From: the human T2T-CHM13v2.0 reference genome, Homo sapiens
NCBI RefSeq assembly: GCF_009914755.1
Contig: NC_060930.1
DNA: 64,000 nt
Reading direction: 5' to 3' (one strand)
The position numbers and the translations under genes were made by a program. Position 1 is the stretch's first letter. Each line of letters begins with the position of its first letter. Shown one piece after another: positions 14,055 through 25,195 of this stretch. The notes under the pieces are model-generated. The model made no database searches, had not been told where the DNA came from, and saw nothing but the letters and a program-made list of their open reading frames with translations.

Positions 14055-17000
14055 TGGTGATTTCTGCATTTCCAACTGAGGTACCTGGTTCATCTCATTG
14101 GGACTGGTTGGACAGTGAGTGCAGCCCATGGAGGGCAAGCCAAAGCAGGGTGGGGCATTGCCTCACCCAGGAAGTGCAAGGGGTCGGAGGATTTCTCTTT
14201 CCTAGCCAAGGGAAGCCGTGACAGAGTGTACCTGGAAAATCAGGACACTCCCACCCAAATACTGTGCTTTTCCAACAGTCATAGCAAATGGCACACCAGG
14301 AGATTATATCCCGTGCATGGCTCAGCAGGTCCGACGCCCATGCAGCCTTGCTCACTGCTAGCCCAGCAGTCTGAGATCGACCTGCAAGGCAGCAGGCTCC
14401 ACCATGGCTGAGGCTTGAGTAAGTAAACAAAGTGGCCGGGGAAGCTCAAACTGGGTGGAGCCCACTGCAGTTCTGCAAGGCCTACTGCCCACCTCTGGGG
14501 CAGGGCATAGCTGAACAAAAGGCAGCAGAAACTTCTGCAGACTTAAATGTCCCTGTCTGACAGCTCTGAAGAGAGCAGTGGTTCTCCCAGCATGGCGTTT
14601 GAACTCAGAGAATGGACAGACTGCCTCCTTAAGTGGGTCTGTGACCCCTGTGTAGCCTAACTGGGAGACACCTCCCAGTAGTGGCCAACTGCCACTTCAC
14701 ACAGGTGTGTGCCCCTCTGGGACAAAGCTTCCAGAGGAAGGATCAGGCAGCAATATTTGCTGTTCTGCAATATTTGCTGTTCTGCAGCCTCTGCTGATGA
14801 TACCCAGGCAAACAGGGTCTACAGTGGACCTCCAGCAAATTCCAACGGACCTGCAGCTGAGGTACCTGACTCTTAGAAGGAAAACTAACAAACAGAAAGG
14901 AATAGCATCAACATCAACAAAAAGGACATCCACACCAAAAGCCCACAGGTCACCAGCATCAAAGACCAAAGGTAGATAAAACCACAAAGATGGGGAGAAA
15001 CCAGAGGAGAAAGCTGAAAATTCTAAAAACCAGAGCACCTCTTCTCCTCCAAAGGATCACAGCTCCTCGCCAGCAACAGAACAAAGCTGGACAGAGAATG
15101 ACTTTGATGAGCTGACAGAAGTAGGCTTCAGAAGGTCGGTAATAACAAACTTTTCCAAGCTAAAGAAGGATATTAGAATCCATCACAAGGAAGCTAAAAA
15201 CCTTGAAAAAAGATTAGACAAATGGATAACTAGAGTAAACAGTGTAGAGAAGACCTTAAATGACCTAATGGAGCTGAAAACCATGGCATGAGAACTATGG
15301 GATGCATGCACAAGCTTCAATAACCAATTCAATAAAGTGGAAGAAAGGGTATCAGTAATTGAAGATCAAATTAATGAAATAAAGCAAGAGGAGAGGTTTA
15401 GAGAAAAAAGAGTAAAAGAAACGAACAGAGCCTCCAAGAAATATGGGACTATGTGAAAAGACCAAATATATGTTCTATTAGTGTACTGGCAAGTGACAGG
15501 GAGAATGGAACCAAGTTGGAAAATACTTGTCAGGATATTATCCAGGAGAACTTCCCCAACCTAGCAAGGCAGGCCAACATTCAAATTCAGGAAATACAGA
15601 GAACAACACAAAGATACTCCTCAAGAAGAACAACCCCAAGACACATAATTGTCAGATTCACCAAGGTTGAAATGAAGGAAAAAATGCTAAGGGCAGCCAG
15701 AGAGAAAGGTCGGGTTACCCACAAAGGGAAGCCCATCAGACTAACAGCAGATCTCTCAGCAGAAACTCTACAAGCCAGAAGAGAGTGGGGGCCAATATTC
15801 AACATTCTTAAAGAAAAGAATTTTCAACCCATAATTTCATATCCAGCCAAACTAAGCTTCAAAAGTGAAGGAGAAATAAAATCCTTTACAGACAAGCAAA
15901 TGCTGAGAGATTTTGTCACCACCAGGCCTGCCTTAAAAGAGCTCCTGAAGGAAGCACTAAACATGGAAAGGAACAACCGGTACCAGCCATTGCAAAAACA
16001 TGCCAAATTGTAAAGACCATCGATGCTAGGAAGAAATCACAACAACTAACGGGCAAAATAACTAGCTAGCATCATAATGACATGATCAAATTCACACATA
16101 ACAATATTAACCTTAAATGTAAATGGGCTAAATGTCCCAATTAAAAGACACAAACTGGCAAATTGGATAAACAGTCAAGACCCATCAGTGTGCTGTATCC
16201 AGGAGACCCATCTCATGTGCAGAGACACACATAGGCTCAAAATAAAGGGATGGAGGAAGATCTACCAAGCAAATGGAAAGCAAAAAAAAGCAGGGGTTGC
16301 AGTCCTAATCTCTGATAAAACAGAATTTAAACCAATAAAGATCAAAAGAGACAAGGCCATTACATAATGGTAAAGGGATCAATCCAACAAGAAGACTAAC
16401 TATCCTAAATATATATATGCACCCAATACAGGAGCACCCAGATTCATAAAGCAAATCCTTAGAGACCCACAAAGAGACTTAGACTCCCACACAATAATAA
16501 TGGGAGACTTTAACACCCACTGTCAATATTAGACAGATCAATGAGACAGAAGGTTAACAAGGATATCCAGGACTTGAACTCAAGTCTGCACCAACCGGAC
16601 CTAATAGACATCTACAGAACTCTCCACCCCAAATCAACAGAATATACATTCTTCTCAGCACCACATTGCACTTATTCCAAAATTGACCACATAATTGGAA
16701 GTAAAGCACTCCTCAGCAAATGTAAAAGAACAGAAATCACAACAAACTGTCTCTCAGACCACAGTGCAATCAAATTAGAACTCAGGATTAAGAAACTCAC
16801 TCAAAACCGCACGACTACATGGGAACTGAACAACCTGCTCCTGAGTGACTACTGGGTAAATAACAAAATGAAGGCAGAAATAAAAATGTTCTTTGAAACC
16901 AATGAGAACAAAGACACAACGTACCAGAATCTCTCGGGCACATTTAAAGCAGTGTGTAGAGGGAAATTTATAGCACTAAATGCCTACAAGAGAAAGCAGG

Positions 17001-17977
17001 AAATATCTAAAATCGACACCCTAACATCACAATTAAAAGAACTAGAGAAGCAACAGCAAACACATTCAAAAGCTAGCAGAAGGCAAGAAATAACTAAGAT
17101 CAGAGCAGAACTGAAGGAGATAGAGACACAAAAAAACCCTTCAAAAAATCAATGAATCCAGGAGCTGGTTTTCTGAAAAGATCAACAAAATTGATAGACC
17201 ACTAGCAAGACTAATAAAGAAGAAAAGAGAGAAGAATCAAATAGATGCAATAAAAAATGATAAAGGGGATATCACCACCGATCCCACAGAAATACAAACT
17301 ACCATCAGAGAATACTATAAACACTTCTACGCAAATAAACTAGAAAATCTACAACAAATGGATAAATTCCTGGACACAAACACCCTCCCAAGACTAAACC
17401 AGGAAGAAGTTGAATCTCTGAATAGACCAATAACAGACTCTAAAATTGAGGCAATAATTAATAGCCTTCCATCAAAAAAAAGTCCAGGACCAAATCGATT
17501 CACAGCCACATGCACACGTATGTTTATTGCAGCACTATTCACAATAGCAAAGACTTGGAACCAACCCAAATGTCCATCAGTGATAGACTGGATTAAGAAA
17601 ATGTGGCATATATACACCATGGAATACTATGCAGCCATAAAAAAGGATGAGTTCATGTTCTTTGTAGGGACATGGATGAAGCTGGAAACCATCATTCTGA
17701 GCAAACTATCACAAGGACAGAAAACCAAACACCGCATGTTCTCACTCATAGGTGGGAATTGAACAAGAATACTTGGACACAGGAAGGGGAACATCACACA
17801 CAGGGGCCTGTCATGGGGTGGGGGGCAGGGGGAGGGATAGCATTAGGAGAAATATCTAATGTAAATGACGAGTTAACGGGTGCAGCAAACCAACATGGCA
17901 CATGTATACCTATGTAAAAAACCTGCACGTTGTGCACATGTAACCTAGAACTTAAAGTATAACAAAGAAAAAAAAAG
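14055..17977 (+). mobile_element. L1PA5/PA6-like element: 5'UTR (first ~60-70 nt missing), dead ORF1 (14990-16013), ORF2 from 16077 with ~2.1 kb internal deletion at 17507, 3'UTR and poly(A)
   Basis: ggtgatttctgcatttccaactgaggtacc 5'UTR; ORF1p C-terminus (TPRHIIVRFTKVEMKEKMLRAAREKG...YQPLQKHAKL*); ORF1 has an internal TGA and a frameshift; ORF2 codon 3 is TGA; 3'UTR G-rich tract and cctagaacttaaagtataa. Confidence 0.95.
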
Positions 17978-17985
17978 TTCATACC

Positions 17986-18081
17986 ACCTGGGAGGCTGAG
18001 GTTGTAGTGAGCTGAGGTCTAGCCACTGCACTCCAGCCTAGAGACAGAGCAAGACTCCATCTCAAAAAAAAAAAAAAAAAA
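17986..18081 (+). mobile_element. Severely 5'-truncated Alu (right-arm end plus poly-A)
   Basis: cctgggaggctgaggttgtagtgagc...gactccatctcaaaaa; TSD-like aaaagttcatacc / aaaaattcatgcc. Confidence 0.85.
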
Positions 18082-18611
18082 TTCATGCCTTCTCTCCTAG
18101 CAATTCTGCCATAACTGCTCTTAATCACAGTATTATGTGTAATGGAGAAAAATGGCAACAGCATACATGTCTGATGGTGATGGCTGAAATGAACTGTTAC
18201 ATCATAAAAACTAAAAAATAATAATCATGTAAAGATTTTAACACATTATCTGTCACACAGGAAAGACTCAAAGGTTTGTTCTAAGTATTACTGTTATTAG
18301 TTTATTAATAAGAATTGCTCTTGGGCAGATGAGAATAATTGCAAAAAGACCCTAAATATTTTAAGTGTAGACTGTCATTATAATTCATAATTCCTAATAA
18401 GTCATGCCATTAAATGCCACAAGTAATTTTAATACCATTCATTTATAGTTTTAAATGTAAAAGTGAGAAAGCCAAAGAAATACTGAGCTATTCAGAAGAC
18501 AAATTGTTGTGTAACATATCACATTAATATAAAGTGTGACTTAAAATATACCTACCCATGTCTTAATTATAAGAAATTTAATAAATCAGTTGAAAACTAT
18601 TTTAAGTGCTA

Positions 18612-19038
18612 TTGACAAAGACTCTTCCTTGACCTAACTCTAAGTCAGACTTTTGGGCTTTTGGGTTCATCTGGTTTAGTCCAGTTCTAGCAAGAATCCT
18701 GCTGGATCAGGTTAGCAAAAATCCACCACCCTTGATATCTGATCGAATTCCCCACTTCTCCCACCCTCAGTATCTTATCACTCTGGCCTGCCTTCAGCAA
18801 TCATCCTGGCAAGTGGGCTTAGCGAGCATTATTCTCACCCCTGATGTTTCCTCTTAGTAATTTTCTATCCGCTTGACGACCTCACCCCCCAACCCAACTC
18901 CTTGGCTAGAAATCTCCACTTGTCTTTATTGTATTTGGAGTTGAGACTGATCTCTCTCTTACCACAAAACCCGTTTGTAGTAGGGAAGTCTTCTCTACCG
19001 TCTTTATCAAGTGTCATGAATAATATTTTTCTTTAACA
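18612..19038 (+). mobile_element. ERV1 solo LTR (MER31-like)
   Basis: tgacaaagactcttccttgacc...tagcaagaatcctgct...cccttgatatctgatc...aataatttttctttaaca; TG...CA ends. Confidence 0.7.
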
Positions 19039-20378
19039 TAGACGTGCCAGAAAATGTGCTTCATTTTACAAAAGGTCTGTGTTAAGGAACCAACTTCTGT
19101 TAAATGATGAGGATGCTATTTGCACTTTCTGATAACAATGAAATATTGTGCAATTAGCATAGAGGACTATTTGAGTGGATTGAGGGATGAACTGCATAAT
19201 GAGAAGCTAATTACAGGGAGAGATCCTCTCTGCAGATATTTGTAGAATATTTTCGTTTTGACAAAAATGCAGAATATTTATCTGGCATTTACATAAATCA
19301 GTTGATGTCTGGGATGAAATTGTACAGGAAAAGATTGTTATCCTAAACCAAGAGGAAGTATTCTCTGTGCCCTTTATTTCATAATTAAATTTCATGTTCT
19401 CTTGTAATCAACCAAAATATAAATATTGATTTTGCCACCTGTGTTTTTAAGTACAGCTGAGAAAGACTTATCTGAAATCGTTTTTCACCCGAAAGTATGT
19501 GTAATCTGTGGACTGTTAAGGAACTATTTTCTAACTCTTGAAGTTTGTGATAAACAATTTTTTGCCCATGAGACAATAAGTTAGAATCACTAAATGAGTA
19601 AAACACTTAGTTTACATTATCTTCCCTGTATTTAATGACTCAATCTCTGTTTCTGTGTGTTTAAAAATTTCTCAAAAAATACGACAACAGCAACACGTTC
19701 CCGCCTCTCTTGGCTCCACCCTATCCAACCCCCTCAAGAAGCTCAATAGTCACTAGAACCTTCTGAAGTTGACCCAGGAAAGCTAGGCTATAATAAACAA
19801 ACCATGAATATCGATGAGGCACATACTTTGAAATTTATGTTACTTTTAATAAGTTTAGGTTTTAATTAAATGAATTTAGAAACTGATTGTGGTGTATAGG
19901 TTTATAATTGATTATTGTATATTACAAAGCAAAAATCAGGTTCCATAGTCTAACACCAGTTTGACAATGGGCAGAAGATATGACATCCAGACTGCTCCCA
20001 GAATATCTCTTTTGAATGTTCATGATAAATACGTTTGAAATTTATTATAAATAACTGTAACATAAATTTATTTTTATACAATACCTTGCAATTTCCAAAT
20101 TACCTCTGCATATGTTATTGCCTTCCTCACTACACTGTGAGCATCTTAAGAACAGATTTCTGTTCATCTATATTATAGCCTTAAGTTTCTCGGGTTCCAT
20201 GGGTACCCTCTTGCAAGTTCCTGAGGTGCTACTTGGTAGCCCCAAACATTCCTCCTCATTAATCCAGATCCCAATTTTACACGCTCTTCTATTGACTTCT
20301 AAATTTAATAATCCCAGTCTTTTTTTCTTTTTCCCAAGCCCTAGGGGAAAACCTGCTTCCTGCAGTTACCACCTTTGC

Positions 20379-20768
20379 CCTATGATTTGAATGTGTCCTC
20401 TCCAAAATTCAGGTGTTGAAACTTAATGGCCAATGTGATGATAGTAAGAGGTGGAACCTTTAAGAGGTGATTAGATCTTGAGGGCTCCTCCATCATAAGT
20501 GGTATTAAGACCCTTATAGAAGGGGCTTCATGCATTGTTCCGGCTCATTTGCCTTTCTGCCTTCCTCCATGTGAGGACACCATGTTCCTCTTCTCCTGAG
20601 GATGCATAGCAAGGCTCCATCTTGGAAGCAGAGAGCAGCCCTCACCAGAAACCCCAACCTGACAATGCCTAGATCTTAGATTTCCTAGCCATCAGAAGTG
20701 TGAGGAATAAATTTCTGTTTTTCATAAACTATTCAGTCTCATGTATTTTGTTATAGCAGCACTAAAAC
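20379..20768 (+). mobile_element. MaLR LTR (MSTD/MSTC-like)
   Basis: tttgaatgtgtcctctccaaaattcaggtgttgaaacttaatggccaatgtg...ccatcttggaagcagagagcagccctcacc...aataaatttctgtt...ttgttatagcagcac. Confidence 0.85.
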
Positions 20769-20917
20769 ACTCTTTGAATCACTACTTTTACCTGTTTAAA
20801 TGTTCAGTTCCCTAAAAAGTGATTGGTAATTCTTCATATTAAAGTCTGTTAAACTAACTGGTATGATTTTTCTTTCTTGATTGGACCCTGACTAACAGAA
20901 GAGAGAGAATTGCAATA

Positions 20918-21073
20918 CTGTCAGAAAGACTGGAATGATTGTGTTGGCTGAGTTTATTATTTTGAAATCTTAACACTGCACTTTACATCCAGGTCTGTCA
21001 GAAAGACTGGAATGATTGTATTGGCTGAGTTTATTATTTTGAAAGCTTAACACTGCACTTTACATCCAGGTCT
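20918..21073. repeat. 77-bp direct tandem duplication (2 copies, 2 mismatches)
   Basis: ctgtcagaaagactggaatgattgtRttggctgagtttattattttgaaaKcttaacactgcactttacatccaggt starting at 20918 and 20995. Confidence 0.95.
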
Positions 21074-22019
21074 TTGTACATAAATCCTTTTTTTAATGGA
21101 CTTTTCCACTGGAAACTTGCTATTGAGTTGCATCAACTCGAACATCCCACTTCTTCAATTGGTGAACACTTTAGGGCTTCTAATAATTATTATACATTTT
21201 CTGATACTGGCTAATTTTTTTGAAAACAGATGCCTGCGGCTTCAGTTTTACTACCTCGTTTTGTGAGTGACACTGTAAAACTTTTTTGTTCTTATGGCCA
21301 AGAGGAGAAAGAGAAATAAATGAAGAAACTAACACAAACTTATTTCCTTTAGTCCCTTTCCTTAATGAAAAGGAAAAGAAATACACAACACCAACAGTCC
21401 AAGCCTGGTTATCAGCTGCATTGTAGAAGAAATGGTCAGATGAATAGGTCTTTTGCTTGTTAGGGAGTTTTATTGAGCACTTCGGAAAAAAACTCAGTTC
21501 TCTGTGTATTGAAATGGAAAAATAGTGTCCAACGTCAAGGTCTCTCTTGAAAGAAAATGTTTCAAATATTCTGAAAAAATGTTTCTGAGGGGTCAGTTTC
21601 TGAAGCTAGCTGATTTAGTTTCTTTTGACCTAAAAACAGGCAAATACTATGGGGAGTAAGGTATTGCACACACTGCTTTTAAAAACATAGTTTTGTTGTG
21701 GCCTAACTCATGTTGGCCAAATAATTCCTATTTATAAACAGTCCACCAAGTCCCATCTATAAACAATCTACCAAAGTTGTGACTAGATAGAAAGACTAAG
21801 CATTATCATTTTTATGGTCCTCCTTGCAATATTCCCTCTTTTCCCCATTACAACCAATTATTCTTCTTTTTAGAAAAATTTTCTGTAATTAACATTTTCA
21901 AGGAAAGTCTTAAAATGCTTTCAAATCACTACTTTCTAAGAAAAGAATAAACCTCTGAAAATCACATGACTTTCTTATACCTCCAGTTCCAAATGCAGCG
22001 TCCACACTATATCTCTCTT

Positions 22020-22280
22020 ATTCAATAAGCATTTTTAGTCACCTACTATGTGCCAGGCCTGTGTCACTGCGCCAAGGGCTGAAAACAGAGAAAACCCAGA
22101 CCTAGACCTGCCTCAAGAAGCTCACAGCCTTTTAAGTTGGATAAATGGCTATGCAAGGCAATGAGATATGATGACTACCTAAAGAGATGAACAAATAGCT
22201 ATGAAAGTCCAGGAGAGGGAAAGATACATCTCAAGTGGGGAAGATCAGAATTGGAAGAGGTGACATTTGGATTAACTTAA
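22020..22280 (-). mobile_element. L2 fragment
   Basis: attcaataagcatttttagtcacctactatgtgccaggc...cctgcctcaagaagctcacag...gaagaggtgacattt. Confidence 0.65.
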
Positions 22281-22444
22281 TGCCAGTGTATTTCATCACA
22301 CAGACACATGGGTGGCATGTTAACTGTCACAGGATGGATGAGGCTTACCTGAGTTAAGGCTTAAAATAAGATCTACCCACAAGACAGGAACTGAACTTAG
22401 GGAAATTAACCTAGTTCTAGGTTCTCTTTCTTAGAGTGTGGCCC

Positions 22445-22590
22445 AGCAGTGATTGTATCAGAAAGACTTGCCTACTTCTTAAAAATGTAGATTCCTATGA
22501 CCAATTCCCAGGGTTTCTGATTTATTGACTGGAGTGAGTGAATGCAAAAATCTATTTAACTCATGATGCAGTTGATCACTATCCTGTCTA
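22445..22590. mobile_element. MER5-type hAT-Charlie relic
   Basis: atcagaaagacttg...ttaaaaatgtagattcct...tttctgattt pattern. Confidence 0.45.
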
Positions 22591-22879
22591 AATTTGCAAG
22601 GATTTGTCAAGCAACAGGTGGGAGTGCAGAAAGCTCAAGTTAGGGACATCCGATATAATAAAATTAGATATTCTGACAGACAGGTGGAGACAGAGCAAGG
22701 ACAGTGCCAGGGAACCCAGGAGCAGGCAAGATTGCATATCCAAAGAGACCTGCAGCAAGGCATCCTGTCCCCTCCATATTGCCCTGGGTATTGGGATTTC
22801 AAGTTTAGGACTTTCTTCCAGGTAAGAATATAGGGAAAAAGCCAATTGGAGATAACAAAGTAAATCACACAGTTTTGCG

Positions 22880-23192
22880 GTGTGTGTGTGTGTGTGTTTT
22901 TGAGACAGAGTCTCACTCTGTCACCCAGGCTGGAGTGCAGTGGCACAGTCTCAGCTCACTGCAACCTCCGCCTCCTGGGTTCAAGTGACTCTCCCGATTC
23001 TCCTGCCTCAACCTCCCGAATAGCTGGGATTACAGGTGTGCGCTGCCATGCCTGGCTAATTTTTGTATTTTTAGTAGAGATAGGGTTTTGCCATGTTGGC
23101 CAGGCTGGTCTCAAATTCCTGGCCTCCAGAGATCTGCCCACCTTGGCCTTTCAAAGTGCTGGGATTACAGGCATGTGCCACTGTGCCTGGCC
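22880..23192 (-). mobile_element. AluS whose tail has become a (TG)n microsatellite
   Basis: gtgtgtgtgtgtgtgtgttttt gagacagagtctcactctgtcacccaggctggagtgcagtgg...; TSD core cacagtttt on both sides. Confidence 0.93.
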
Positions 23193-23370
23193 AATGGCAC
23201 AGTTTTAAAGTTTTCTAGGCAGTGTGTCAAAAAAAGGATGTGGGCACTAATCGAACTTACCCATGATTTGGTTCCTAGGAATGGGGGCAAGATGAAAATG
23301 CCAGAATCTAGTTATGAGAAGCAAGACCAGAAGCATATCTTTTTCTGGTTTTAATTCTGGTTCTTTAATA

Positions 23371-23450
23371 TTAGGTTGGTGCAAAAGTAATTGTGGGTTT
23401 TGCTATAGAAAGTAAAGGTAAAAACCGTAATGACTGTTGCACCAACCTAA
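23371..23450. mobile_element. MADE1 (Hsmar1-derived MITE), full length 80 bp
   Basis: ttaggttggtgcaaaagtaattg...accgtaatgactgttgcaccaacctaa terminal inverted repeats, preceded by TA; a MER5-like relic continues to about 23590. Confidence 0.92.
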
Positions 23451-23908
23451 ATAGAATCACCTAAGAAGCTTTATAAAAACATGTACTCCTAAGATTCACA
23501 CTGGACTTAGAAAATCAGAATGGTTAAGACAGAAATGTGAATTTTTATAAGCTCTTCTAGGTAATTCTGGAAATTATTCAAGTTTAAAAAGCAATAAACA
23601 AGGACTCCTTTTCTCTGCCCACAACAACCACAGCCCCCACCAATCACAGGTCACAAACAGAGCCTGCAGTAGGAATCCTGTGGCAGATACTGGGAAGAAA
23701 AGAAGCCTGTGGATCAAGCAGTTAACATAAAAATCTCACGGCAAGAAGAAATGCCAGCTTGCAAGTTCTGTGAGTCTTGCAGCAAACAAGATATTTCCAG
23801 CACAGAATGCCAGCAAAGTTTCTTGTTGCTGTTGTTTTGTTTTATTATAGTATTTAAAATAGTTCTTCAGCATATCAATACTTAAAATAGTAAAAATCCC
23901 ATTGTCCC

Positions 23909-24170
23909 TGTCTTAGTGTGCTCCAGTTGCTGCAACAAGATATCATAAACTGAGTGGCTTATAAAGAACAGAAATGTATTTTTAACAGTTCTGGAAGCTG
24001 GGAAGTCCAAGATCAAAGTGCCAGTAGATTTGGTGTTTCTGGACACCCAATCCACATTGGGAGGACCTAATCAGCTTACAAAGGCCCATCTCCTAATACC
24101 TTCAGGTTGGAGGTTAGGATTTGAGCATTTGAGCATTAGAATTTCAAGGGGACACATTCAGACCAAAGCA
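23909..24170 (-). mobile_element. MaLR LTR fragment (MLT1A/MST-like), internally deleted
   Basis: tgtcttagt...cataaactgagtggcttataaagaacagaaatgtattt...cagttctggaagctgggaagtccaagatcaa...gggacacattcagaccaaagca. Confidence 0.75.
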
Positions 24171-25074
24171 GGTCCATTCTCTTACTCCAGCTCAACAGAA
24201 GAATCTCATTTACAGACATCACTGAGCCTTCTCCCTGTCTGAATTTTTTTTTCACCTAGTGACTATTGACAAAGAGCAGTATTGAATATGATACTAACTT
24301 CAACCAAACAACATTGGCAGCATGTAGAGTATTTGCTCATTCCATGGTCTCATGTCACATCACGCTATTTTTAAATCAAATTCTGCTTTTAATCTTCAGT
24401 TTTAATTTACCTTTATCTGAAATATAAATGTAATTAATCACGTAGAAGGAAAGTAGGAGCTAGCAGGATAGTAATCTAGCTAAGCTGCAAGCAAGTGAAG
24501 CTTTTTTGTAAGGAAAGAGCTGTAGAATCACAAGACAATCTGTATCACAAACCAGCAAATATATGCTAAACAGTGTCTAATTTCACGGGGTGCCTCCCAG
24601 TTGAAATTGAGCCAGGCCACCTGATTCCTTATTCCACTGGTAAAGACCATCTCATGTGAACCAGCTGCCATGGATGTGGTTCAGAAAGCTGTCCCTGAAA
24701 AGAACTCTGGGCCATCTGTGCTTACAGTGCTATTAATAGAATGTTCTCCAAATCATAGACCTTCATCTGCAACCTCACATCAAGACTTTCTCAAACATGA
24801 GACCCGGAGAACATCACTCATCAGCATTCTTTGTGATCTATTGGGAAGCACCATGATTTGAAGGCAAGGGTCAAAGGTGGGGTGGGAGCCGGATGAGACT
24901 GTGAACTCTCTGAAGCCAGGGGCATTCCTTTTCCCCCTTACCTTGCCAGGGTCAGGCCCTGTGATGACACAATTGTGTGTTGAGTTGTACTGAAGCATTT
25001 TGTAAGTGCCAAGCCAGTGGAAGCAGCTTTACAAGGTTATTACATAATGGGAAAAGTCGTGTTCATTATTAAAG

Positions 25075-25195
25075 GAAAATGAGGAAAGGGAGGTTCATCA
25101 GTTAAGTAACTTCCCCACGTTGACACATCCTGAGTAGTAGGGCCAAGATTCAGACACGGGTTCTCTGACTCCACACCTGAATTTGATGGCCTGCA
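25075..25195 (-). mobile_element. MIR core
   Basis: gttaagtaacttccccacgttgacaca...gccaagattcagacacgggttctctgactcca. Confidence 0.65.

Noticed and set aside
14748-14790. Short tandem repeat gcaatatttgctgttct x2
   Set aside because: As I recall, this is a normal feature of L1PA5/6 5'UTRs, not locus-specific.
11263-17155. ORFs with endonuclease, RT and ORF1p similarity that could suggest an active retroelement or novel RT system
   Set aside because: Ordinary fragmented L1 ORF1/ORF2 with stops and frameshifts; no intact protein.
19235-19345. Acceptor-like ctctctgcag followed by 36 open codons (IFVEYFRFDKNAEY...)
   Set aside because: No recognisable homology, ends in a stop, and no linked exons.
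20918-21073. Possible CRISPR-like or regularly spaced repeat array
   Set aside because: Only two contiguous units, no spacers, eukaryotic context.
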